The notes below the pieces were generated by a model, which ran no database searches, had not been told where the DNA came from, and was given only the letters and a program-made list of their open reading frames with translations. Of a stretch of DNA of 64,000 bases, positions 47,715-55,586 are shown piece by piece. A program made the translations under genes and the position numbers. Every line of letters starts with the position of its first letter. Positions within the stretch are counted from its first letter, which is position 1. Source of the DNA: Bacteroidales bacterium (lineage in GTDB: Bacteria > Bacteroidota > Bacteroidia > Bacteroidales > UBA1715); contig JAWOEL010000080.1 of the NCBI GenBank assembly GCA_046482735.1, forward strand, positions 2,124 through 66,123, read 5' to 3'.

Positions 47715-48533
47715 TTATTTTTTTCTGAAACGCACACATTCAAAATGTGTATTATTTGTTTGGTCGAAACGGTTTAGGTCGCATAGCATATTTTCTTCGA
47801 AGTCTTCTTCATCGTAATGTTTACAGATTGTACATAAACCAGGTATTGGAATTAAATCAGTATTGATTGGCTTGCCATTGTCATCAAAAAGTCCTCCGTT
47901 CGAAAATATGTGTTCGGTTTCATTTCGAGAAGCAATTTTATCTATTTTGAATTCATCCTCAAAAAAATCATCCCGGTTATGTAACCATTCTTCAATTTCA
48001 CTTTTTGAGAGAAGCATATGTTCAATAGATTTATCTAATAAATCATGGAAGTCGGTATATTTCTTATCTTCGGCTTCTTTTCTGAAGTCTTCACAATTTG
48101 TGCAATACCCCGGAAAAGGACAATGAGCATCATCATAATCGCAAAATTCAATATGGACATAACCAACAGATACAGCAACATGGCTTTCCGCCCATAGTTT
48201 GTAGATAAAGGGATATCGAAGATGAGTCGGGTACATTTCCGGAAAATCTAAACAGAAATGATAATACTGTAGTAAATTTTCTAATTCTGTTGCCAACAGA
48301 GTTTGTTGCTCTTGATTTAATTTTTTCGGAGGAGGAAGTTGAACGTGTTCAATGCCGGTTATTTTTTCTATAGACTCTTCTTCACCATGAACATATTTTT
48401 CAATATTTAAGATGTTCAATTCAACTTCGTTATCCGGTTTTTGGGGTAAATCTTTCCAAACCTCATGAGTCGGTTTTAAATTCCACGTAGCGTTCCGAAT
48501 ATCATCAATTAAATGTTCAATGTAGTGTTGCAT
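47715..48533 (-). CDS. hypothetical acidic Cys-rich protein
   Basis: The ORF is 291 aa from 48590, or 272 aa from the MQHYIEHL Met at 48533. A minus-strand -7 box TATCTTTG (plus coordinates 48578-48585) favours the latter. There are two Cys clusters, CDYDDAHCPFPGYCTNC and CTICKHY...C...C. I recognise no family. Confidence 0.55.
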   Translation of the reverse strand: MQHYIEHLIDDIRNATWNLKPTHEVWKDLPQKPDNEVELNILNIEKYVHGEEESIEKITGIEHVQLPPPKKLNQEQQTLLATELENLLQYYHFCLDFPEMYPTHLRYPFIYKLWAESHVAVSVGYVHIEFCDYDDAHCPFPGYCTNCEDFRKEAEDKKYTDFHDLLDKSIEHMLLSKSEIEEWLHNRDDFFEDEFKIDKIASRNETEHIFSNGGLFDDNGKPINTDLIPIPGLCTICKHYDEEDFEENMLCDLNRFDQTNNTHFECVRFRKK

Positions 48534-48741
48534 AATCGAATGTTTTATTGTATGGTGTTCATTTTGTTGTATATAAGCAAAGATATACAATTTGAAAAAA
48601 TGGCAATGAAAATTTTTATTTTTGTGTTTTTACTGTTTTATGCTGATTAGTAAGAGTGTATTCAAACGGTTGTTGTTATGTATGGTGATAAGATATTTTT
48701 TTTGATTTACAGATAGATAAAAACCCAAGCAACACTTTATC

Positions 48742-48903
48742 GGGACAATTCCATTTTGGTACGATTAAAAGGTTTTAAAAGAGGGGGGATTGAAATCAAC
48801 AATCGGAAATTTCAATTCCATTCTGGTACGATTAAAAGTACTTAATTTAATGTAAATATTGAACAGTTTGTAGATTTCAATTCCATTCTGGTACGATTAA
48901 AAG
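48742..48903 (-). CRISPR. mini-CRISPR array: 3 repeats of 30 nt (two identical, one degenerate) and 2 spacers (37 and 35 nt); no cas genes in the window
   Basis: ATTTCAATTCCATTCTGGTACGATTAAAAG occurs at 48809-48838 and 48874-48903. A degenerate copy, GGGACAATTCCATTTTGGTACGATTAAAAG, lies at 48742-48771. The two spacers are unrelated in sequence. Read on the minus strand the repeat ends in ATTGAAAT, resembling the ATTGAAA(C/G) 3' end of Cas6-processed type I-B/III repeats, and the degenerate copy becomes the last repeat. The minus orientation is inferred from these two points. Confidence 0.6.
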
Positions 48904-49340
48904 TGTGGTAAGGGCAGTGCATTTTATCGTTAATTTTGGTGCACCCTCGTCAAACCCCGTCAGTGGTGCAAACCCTGACGGTGGTTACGTAAAAAAAAGA
49001 AAATGTACGTAATCTATTATAAAAAAACAGACAGTCGACATTAGAACAGACAGCGTTTCGTCGAAGAAAAACATATAGTATTACTATCACCCTCAACAGA
49101 GGCTTCGACCACTGTTGAGGTGTGGCACGGGCAGTGCATTTTATTAGTAATTTTGGTGCACCCTCGTCAAACCCCATCAGTGGTTGTAAACCCTGACGGT
49201 GGTTACGAAAAAAAAAGAAAATGTACGTAATCTATTATAAAAAAACGGATAGTCGACATTAGAACAGACAGCGTTTTATCGAAAAAGAGAAACATATTAC
49301 TATCACCATCAACAGGGTCTTCGACCACTGTTGATGTGTG
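48904..49340. repeat. tandem direct repeat: two units of 217 and 216 nt plus the first 5 nt of a third, each with three conserved hairpins
   Basis: Unit 1 spans 48904-49120 and unit 2 spans 49121-49336, both starting TGTGG, followed by TGTGG again at 49337. By eye the units are roughly nine-tenths identical, with small indels. The hairpins are CCGTCAG/CTGACGG, TTACGTA/TACGTAA, and CCTCAACAG/CTGTTGAGG (CATCAACAG/CTGTTGATG in unit 2). Confidence 0.85.
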
Positions 49341-49348
49341 GGGGGGAG

Positions 49349-49384
49349 AAAAAAAAGACCCGACAGGAGTGAACCTGCCGAGCC
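49349..49384 (-). terminator. rho-independent terminator of ftsZ / the dcw operon
   Basis: The minus strand reads GGCTCGGCAGG-ttcact-CCTGTCGGGTC-TTTTTTTT. This is an 11-bp stem (with G-U pairs) and a U8 tract, about 40 nt after the ftsZ stop. Confidence 0.75.
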
Positions 49385-49420
49385 TTAATTTACGCATATC
49401 CGCACTATAATTCGTTTATG

Positions 49421-50911
49421 TTAATCAGCGTTGTAGTCCAGGTATTTATTATTGTTTGATAAATATATACCGTCTTCATTTTCATCTATTGAAAATCGTG
49501 ATGGTTCATTTTTTTTTTCGTTGTGTGTATTGTGTTCAGAATTTTCTTCAAAAGGATGTGTTGTGTGTTTTTTGTGTTCTTGTTCTTGTTGTTTGCGAAT
49601 ATATGCCGGTTGATTTTCAAATTCTGTTATATCATCCATTTTTCGTACTTTTTCGTATTCAAATGATTGAATAGGATTTTTATCATCGTCTTGTGTATGA
49701 TTGTTTGTTCCATTAAAAGGACTGTCTTCGTTTATAAGGCGTATTTTTTTCTTAGGTTTATTGTTTGTGCTGGCATTTTCAAATGAGCCCCAGTTTATTT
49801 GTGTTTGTACCGCATCACCATCGTGTTCGTCCGATGATAGTGTTCCTACCATTTTTTTGTCGGAATTTTCCGGTGGTGTTTCGTCTTCGCGTAATTCATT
49901 TACTTTTATTGGGGTTGGTTGTTTGAAATCGGGTAGGTGTTTCATTTCAAAACCTGTGGCAATAAGGGTAACGCATATTTCATCGTGTAATGATTCGTTT
50001 TTTACGTATCCCCATATTATGTTTACATCACGTTCTGCTTTTTCAATTATGTGATTTGTTACTATTGTAATTTCATCCATTGTAATTTCATTTTCGCCCG
50101 AGGTGAAGTTCAGGAGAATATCTTTTGCACCGCGTATGTCTGCTTTGTTGAGCAGGGGCGAGTCGAGTGTTTCCTGAATAGCTTCTATTGCTCTGTTTTC
50201 TCCCGAAGATGTGCCGGATGACATGATAGAAACGCCACTGTCTTTCATGACGGTTTTTACGTCTTCAAAATCTACATTTATTATCCCGTTTACTGTAATA
50301 ATTTCTGCAATCCCTTTTGCGGCGATAGTTAATACATCATCAGCTTTTGCAAATGCATCGGTAATTTTGAGATTTCCGTATTTTTCGCGTAGTGTTTCGT
50401 TGTTAATAATAAGCATCGAATCTACGTGTTCTCTCAGAGATTCTACTCCTTTGAGAGCGTAATTGTATCGTGTTTTTCCTTCAAAAGCAAACGGAACTGT
50501 AACTATACCAACGGTTAAAATGCCTAAACTTTTTGAGATTTCTGCAATTACCGGGGCTGCACCTGTTCCGGTGCCACCTCCCATTCCGGCAGTAATGAAT
50601 GTCATTTGGGTATCGTCGGATAATAATTTTTCTATTTCGGCAGTGCTTTCTTTTGCGGCATTTTGTCCAACTTCCGGATTACTTCCGGCTCCTCGTCCGG
50701 CTGTGAGGCCGTTACCAATTTGTACTTTTGTGGGGATTGAACTTTTTTGTAAATCTTGCATGTCGGTATTACAAACCACAAAATCTACATCTTTTATCCC
50801 GAGTTCGTACATATGGTTTACTGCATTGCTACCGCCGCCTCCTACACCAATTACTTTGATTGATGTGGTTCGTTGTTGCGGAATGTCGAAGTTTATAATT
50901 TCATCAGCCAT
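49421..50911 (-). CDS. ftsZ: cell division protein FtsZ (with extended C-terminal tail)
   Basis: Tubulin signature GGGTGTGAAP and GVGGGGSNAV. A conserved C-terminal peptide-like QPAYIRK is followed by 56 further residues. Confidence 0.97.
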   Translation of the reverse strand: MADEIINFDIPQQRTTSIKVIGVGGGGSNAVNHMYELGIKDVDFVVCNTDMQDLQKSSIPTKVQIGNGLTAGRGAGSNPEVGQNAAKESTAEIEKLLSDDTQMTFITAGMGGGTGTGAAPVIAEISKSLGILTVGIVTVPFAFEGKTRYNYALKGVESLREHVDSMLIINNETLREKYGNLKITDAFAKADDVLTIAAKGIAEIITVNGIINVDFEDVKTVMKDSGVSIMSSGTSSGENRAIEAIQETLDSPLLNKADIRGAKDILLNFTSGENEITMDEITIVTNHIIEKAERDVNIIWGYVKNESLHDEICVTLIATGFEMKHLPDFKQPTPIKVNELREDETPPENSDKKMVGTLSSDEHDGDAVQTQINWGSFENASTNNKPKKKIRLINEDSPFNGTNNHTQDDDKNPIQSFEYEKVRKMDDITEFENQPAYIRKQQEQEHKKHTTHPFEENSEHNTHNEKKNEPSRFSIDENEDGIYLSNNNKYLDYNAD

Positions 50912-50930
50912 AATGTGTTGTGTTTATTGG

Positions 50931-52307
50931 TTATAACTTTGTGTCTTCGTATTCGTTTCCAGAAAAGAATTCTTCTATTTTTTTTGCGAAAAATTCTTTT
51001 GCTCCTGGTTTCTTTATTTTTGTTTTCTTTTGTTCGGGTATTTCTTTTTTCTTTTGTGTGGTTTTTTCTGTCTTTGTTTCTTCTTCTTCTTCAGTTTCTT
51101 GTATTGGTTCTGGTATGTGAATTGATTCTGCATGCATAAGCAGTCCTACACCGGTGGAGTATACCGGATTGTTGAATTCTGCTTTGTGTATGTAGTTTAT
51201 ATATTCTATTGGGGTACCTATTTTTGAATCGATACCTATTTTGTATGTTAATAATTGGGGTAAGTTTTTGAGTAATGATCCACCTCCTGTTACTACGATA
51301 CCTGCCCCTAATTTTCCTGCGTAGCCGGATGTTTTTATTACAAACAGTGCTGCATCAAGTATTTCTTCCATACGTGCTTGAATAATGCCGCTAAGGTGTT
51401 TGATAGATATTTCTTTTGGAGGCCTTCCGCTTATGCCGGGTATGCTTACAAATTCATTATCAGCAGTGAAATCTTGAATAGAGTTGCCATATTTTATTTT
51501 TAATTTTTCGGCGTCTTGTGGTAAAATGTTGCATCCTTTGCTTATGTCATGAGTTACTGCTTTTCCGCCAAAGGGAATAACTTCGGTAAATTGAACAATG
51601 TTTTGATGATATATAGCTATATCGGTAGTTCCACCTCCAATATCGACTATTGCAACGCCTAAATCTTTTTCATCTTCGGTTAATGTTGCTTTGCCGGATG
51701 CTAATGGTTCGAGCATGAAATCTTTTATTTCCAATCCGGCACGTTGAATTGCATTTTTTATAAAACGAATTGCATTTGCCTTACCTATGACGATATGAAA
51801 ATTTGCTTCTATGCGTCTTCCTGTCATTCCTATAGGGTCTATAACTTCATGTTCGTTGTCTATTCTAAAAGTTTGTGGAATAGTATGAATAATTTCTTCG
51901 TCGGGTTCTATATTTACATGTCGGTTGTCTGTCCGGAGTACTTCTATTTCGTCTTGTGTAATAGGAGAGTCGGCGTCTTTTCTGTTTATAAACCATCTGT
52001 TCTGTGTTGAATGTATGTGTTTGCCTGCAATACCTACAACTACTTTTGGATTGAAAAAACCTGCTTCTTGTTTCGCTTTGTTTACTGCCTGATTTATTGC
52101 AGAAATTGAGTGTTGCAGATTTATAATTTCGCCTCTGCTAATGCCCATGGATGGCGCATAGCCTTTTCCTAAAACTGTAAGTTCTCCTTTCTCGTTTGTG
52201 TACCCGCTGATTGCTACAATTTTAGTTGTACCGATGTCAATAGCTGAAAAACTGTTGTTTTCCGCTATTTTTGTTGAGTGTTCTTGTGTTTCTGTTGTAT
52301 TATTCAT
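50931..52307 (-). CDS. ftsA: cell division protein FtsA
   Basis: Actin-like ATPase motifs (AIDIGTTKIVA, VDIGGGTTDIA, VVTGGGS) and a C-terminal amphipathic helix (EFFAKKIEEFF). Confidence 0.92.
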   Translation of the reverse strand: MNNTTETQEHSTKIAENNSFSAIDIGTTKIVAISGYTNEKGELTVLGKGYAPSMGISRGEIINLQHSISAINQAVNKAKQEAGFFNPKVVVGIAGKHIHSTQNRWFINRKDADSPITQDEIEVLRTDNRHVNIEPDEEIIHTIPQTFRIDNEHEVIDPIGMTGRRIEANFHIVIGKANAIRFIKNAIQRAGLEIKDFMLEPLASGKATLTEDEKDLGVAIVDIGGGTTDIAIYHQNIVQFTEVIPFGGKAVTHDISKGCNILPQDAEKLKIKYGNSIQDFTADNEFVSIPGISGRPPKEISIKHLSGIIQARMEEILDAALFVIKTSGYAGKLGAGIVVTGGGSLLKNLPQLLTYKIGIDSKIGTPIEYINYIHKAEFNNPVYSTGVGLLMHAESIHIPEPIQETEEEEETKTEKTTQKKKEIPEQKKTKIKKPGAKEFFAKKIEEFFSGNEYEDTKL

Positions 52308-52319
52308 AATAGTGCGAAT

Positions 52320-53105
52320 TTATTTTTTAGTGCATACAATTTGATTTTTATACTTCAAATTTATCGATGAATATGAGTGCCATAATTCTCGTGCTTTTTT
52401 TGAATGATAAAAAGCTGTCAAATTGCGTAATTTATAATCGAGATGTGTGTGCGTTCCTAAATAAATTTTAGGAGGCCCAACTTTGCTTACCAAAATAAAA
52501 TTATTGTTTGAAGTTACGTATACCTGTTCAATTATAGCACTAAAAAGTCCGTTTTGTGTTATTTTTTGTGCTATGGTAAACAAATCTTGCAGTATTGTGT
52601 CATGACTGTCGTCAGGTAGTAATATATTATGTTTTTCTCTATAGCCTGCATCAATGTTTCCTGATGCTAATAGAGTGTGCGATGTGTAGTTTTCTGAAAG
52701 TGGCATAAGTCTTCCTTTTTTGTCTATATAAAAACTATCATGTTTCGACTCTATTCGTATAAGTGGTGTACGTTGGGTGATATCAATAGTTATAATGCCA
52801 TCTATTGTTGTATATACATTGCATGATTCTATTAATGGATGATCTGCTATTTTTTTCTCAATATCGTATAGTGCAATATCATGTATTCGTTGTGTTGAGC
52901 TTGTGTCACTTGTGTCAACAAATGAATTGATAATGGTATATATATCCTGGTCTTGAATGAATTTATGATTTTTATCGTTTCCGTTTATATGAATAGAAAT
53001 TCCGGCACATTCGATATGTGAACGTTCCGTTTCTGAAAAGCTGAGCCCTGTAATAGCAGCGGTTGCTATGAGAAATCCTATTATGTATGGTTTAGCGTGT
53101 TTCAT
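52320..53105 (-). CDS. ftsQ: cell division protein FtsQ
   Basis: Single N-terminal TM helix and a POTRA-like region, positioned between murC and ftsA. Confidence 0.7.
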   Translation of the reverse strand: MKHAKPYIIGFLIATAAITGLSFSETERSHIECAGISIHINGNDKNHKFIQDQDIYTIINSFVDTSDTSSTQRIHDIALYDIEKKIADHPLIESCNVYTTIDGIITIDITQRTPLIRIESKHDSFYIDKKGRLMPLSENYTSHTLLASGNIDAGYREKHNILLPDDSHDTILQDLFTIAQKITQNGLFSAIIEQVYVTSNNNFILVSKVGPPKIYLGTHTHLDYKLRNLTAFYHSKKARELWHSYSSINLKYKNQIVCTKK

Positions 53106-54496
53106 TTTTTGTTCAACATGTGTTTTATAGGTTCTGTTAATGTGTCTATACTGCCGGCTCCCATTGTTACAAGTACATCTATGTCTTTTTGTTCTAGTAT
53201 TTTAAGTACATCTTTTTTTGTGCAGAGTGTTTTGTGAGGTATTGAAATTTCATTAAAAATTAACTCGGAGCTTACTCCTTCTATTGGTTCTTCGCGTGCG
53301 GGATAAATATCGAGCAGTATAACTTCGTCGAGTAATGATAAACTTTCTGCAAATTCTTTAAAAAAATCTTGTGTCCGGCTATACAAATGTGGTTGAAAGA
53401 TGCCGGTTATTTTTTTATTGGTATATAAGTCTTGTAATGATGATATTGTAGCACGTAGTTCTGCGGGGTGATGTGCGTAGTCATCAATATAAATGTACGA
53501 TTCGTTTTTGAATTGAATGTCGAGTCGTCGTCGTACACCGGTGTATATTTGCAATGCATTCTTTATTTCTTCGGGTGTAACGGAGTTGCAAAGGCACATA
53601 GCTGTTGCTGCTATACAGTTTTCTATTGAAATATGTCCCGGAATGTGTATTGTAATATCTGGAATTATACCAAAAGGTGTGTGTATTGAAATCGTGTATA
53701 AATCATTGTTTTTTTCTATTGATTGAGCATAAAAATCTGCATGTGGATTGTTTAAATCATAGGTATAGTGCTTGATTTTTTGTGTGTGTAAAACTGTATC
53801 AACAGCATTGAATTTGAGACCGTATTTATATATACATGTACCATGGGGTTGTATATGCGAAATGAATTCTTCAAAAGCAATAACAATATTTTCATATGTT
53901 TCATAAATGTCTAAATGATCTGAATCTACTGAAGAAATGAGTGCTGTATGTGGGTAGAGATTGTGAAATGATCGGTCGAACTCATCAGCTTCTACTACAA
54001 TATTGTTACTCTTGGCCGAATAGATATAATTACTTTTGAAATTCTTTGAAATTCCTCCCAAAAAAGCACTGCATTTCTGTGCCGAATGATATAAAATATG
54101 TGCGGTACAGGTGGTAATAGATGTTTTTCCATGAGTTCCTGCAATTGCTATTCCGTTTGCATTGTTGCATATAGAGCCTAAAAATTCAGCACGTTTGGTG
54201 AGGGTATAGTTGTTGGTGGTAAAATACATATATCCTCTGTGGTTAGCCGGAATTGCAGGAGTATAAATAATAAGCGATGTGCTTTTGTTGGTAATAATCT
54301 GTTCAGGAATTTCCGCAACTGCATCTGAATAAGAAATCTGCATACCTTCTTTTTCGAGTTGATAGGTAAGCAGAGTAGGGGTGCGGTCGTAGCCATATAC
54401 TGTCCCGCCGGACTGGTGAACGTAGCGGGCTAAGGCACTCATCCCTATGCCACCAATTCCTATAAAATAATAATATGTATATGACAGTTTTTTCAT
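53102..54496 (-). CDS. murC: UDP-N-acetylmuramate--L-alanine ligase
   Basis: FIGIGGIGMSALA and GTHGKTS Mur ligase motifs, in the expected dcw position. Confidence 0.92.
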   Translation of the reverse strand: MKKLSYTYYYFIGIGGIGMSALARYVHQSGGTVYGYDRTPTLLTYQLEKEGMQISYSDAVAEIPEQIITNKSTSLIIYTPAIPANHRGYMYFTTNNYTLTKRAEFLGSICNNANGIAIAGTHGKTSITTCTAHILYHSAQKCSAFLGGISKNFKSNYIYSAKSNNIVVEADEFDRSFHNLYPHTALISSVDSDHLDIYETYENIVIAFEEFISHIQPHGTCIYKYGLKFNAVDTVLHTQKIKHYTYDLNNPHADFYAQSIEKNNDLYTISIHTPFGIIPDITIHIPGHISIENCIAATAMCLCNSVTPEEIKNALQIYTGVRRRLDIQFKNESYIYIDDYAHHPAELRATISSLQDLYTNKKITGIFQPHLYSRTQDFFKEFAESLSLLDEVILLDIYPAREEPIEGVSSELIFNEISIPHKTLCTKKDVLKILEQKDIDVLVTMGAGSIDTLTEPIKHMLNKK

Positions 54497-54497
54497 G

Positions 54498-55586
54498 TTA
54501 TTTTTTAATTAAAGATTCTATTTCATCAACAATATGTTCTGCTGCATGTGGTTTTGCCATAGTTTGAATGTTTGTGTGGAGTTCATTCATTTTTTTCGAA
54601 TTTTGTAATAAATGAAATGTGTTTTTCCATAACACATGAACGGCTTCGGCATCATGTACCATAAGAGCTGCATTTTTTGAAACCAGAGCCTGAGCGTTTT
54701 TTGTTTGATGATCTTCACTTACGTTTGGAGAAGGAACCAATATGCATGGTTTGCCAACAACGCAGAGTTCAGAAATTGTGCCGGCACCTGCTCGCGAAAT
54801 AATAACATCGGCAGCAGAAAAGGCAATGTCCATATCTTTTATAAATTCATATACATGAATAGATGGAATATTTTTTGCCTGTTGTAAAGCTTGTTGGAAA
54901 TATAGTTTTCCGGTTTGCCAGATTATTTGAATATTTTCTTTTTCTAATTCATGAATATTTTTTGTTATACTATGGTTAAGTGTGCGAGCACCTAAACTGC
55001 CACCAATAACGAGGACTGTTTTTTTTGTGGAATCCAGAGAAAAATGTTCTGTTGCTTTTTCTCGCGAACAGTCGATGTTTTGAATTTGCGGACGTATCGG
55101 GTTTCCGGTAAAAACAATAGTTTCGGGTTTGAAAAACCGTTCCATTCCCTCATATGCAACACATACTTTTTGAACAGACTGTGCCAATATTTTATTGGTA
55201 ACACCGGCGTACGAGTTTTGTTCCTGAATAAGAGTAGGTATGTTCATTTTTTGTGCAGCATACAACAAAGGGCCACTTGCGTAGCCACCAACCCCAATAG
55301 CAATGTCGGGTTTAAATTTTTTCAGTATGTTTTTTGCCTTAATTATACTGCGTATAATATTAAACACGGTTTTTATGTTTTGCAATGAAAACTTGCGTTG
55401 AAATCCTTGAATAGGTAACCCAATAATATCGTATCCAAGTGCAGGAATTTTTTCCATTTCCATTCTGTTTTTTGCTCCCACAAATAGAATAGAAACATCA
55501 GGATATCTTTTTTTAAGTTCTTCTGCAATTGAAATTGCCGGAAAAATATGTCCGCCTGTTCCGCCACCGCTAATGATTACATTCAT
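54498..55586 (-). CDS. murG: undecaprenyldiphospho-muramoylpentapeptide beta-N-acetylglucosaminyltransferase
   Basis: N-terminal SGGGTGGHIFPA and the GT28 layout. Confidence 0.93.
   Translation of the reverse strand: MNVIISGGGTGGHIFPAISIAEELKKRYPDVSILFVGAKNRMEMEKIPALGYDIIGLPIQGFQRKFSLQNIKTVFNIIRSIIKAKNILKKFKPDIAIGVGGYASGPLLYAAQKMNIPTLIQEQNSYAGVTNKILAQSVQKVCVAYEGMERFFKPETIVFTGNPIRPQIQNIDCSREKATEHFSLDSTKKTVLVIGGSLGARTLNHSITKNIHELEKENIQIIWQTGKLYFQQALQQAKNIPSIHVYEFIKDMDIAFSAADVIISRAGAGTISELCVVGKPCILVPSPNVSEDHQTKNAQALVSKNAALMVHDAEAVHVLWKNTFHLLQNSKKMNELHTNIQTMAKPHAAEHIVDEIESLIKK

Noticed and set aside
48915-48940. A possible tracr-like anti-repeat: unit 1 contains CATTTTATCGTTAATTTTGG, which loosely resembles the reverse complement of the CRISPR repeat (CTTTTAATCGTACCAGAATGG).
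   Set aside because: The match is only about 9-10 nt of AT-rich sequence with an indel. It is not conserved in unit 2 (CATTTTATTAGTAATTTTGG). The repeat and spacer dimensions do not resemble type II arrays. It is probably chance.
48950-49397. Two minus-strand ORFs of 75 and 64 aa (48950-49177 and 49203-49397) cross the tandem 217-nt units.
   Set aside because: Equivalent parts of the two units are read in different frames, and the units differ by indels (217 versus 216 nt). ORF 49203-49397 also reads through the ftsZ terminator hairpin. A conserved peptide is therefore unlikely, and a non-coding function fits better.
50463-50936. A 157-aa plus-strand ORF lies antisense to ftsZ, and there are similar antisense ORFs at 49701-50054, 50211-50462, 33900-34370 and 36562-34 within other genes (36562-36834).
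   Set aside because: All are embedded antisense in strongly supported genes (ftsZ, the secreted protein, the PSP1 gene). They are shadow ORFs, likely arising from the amino-acid composition of the real frame.
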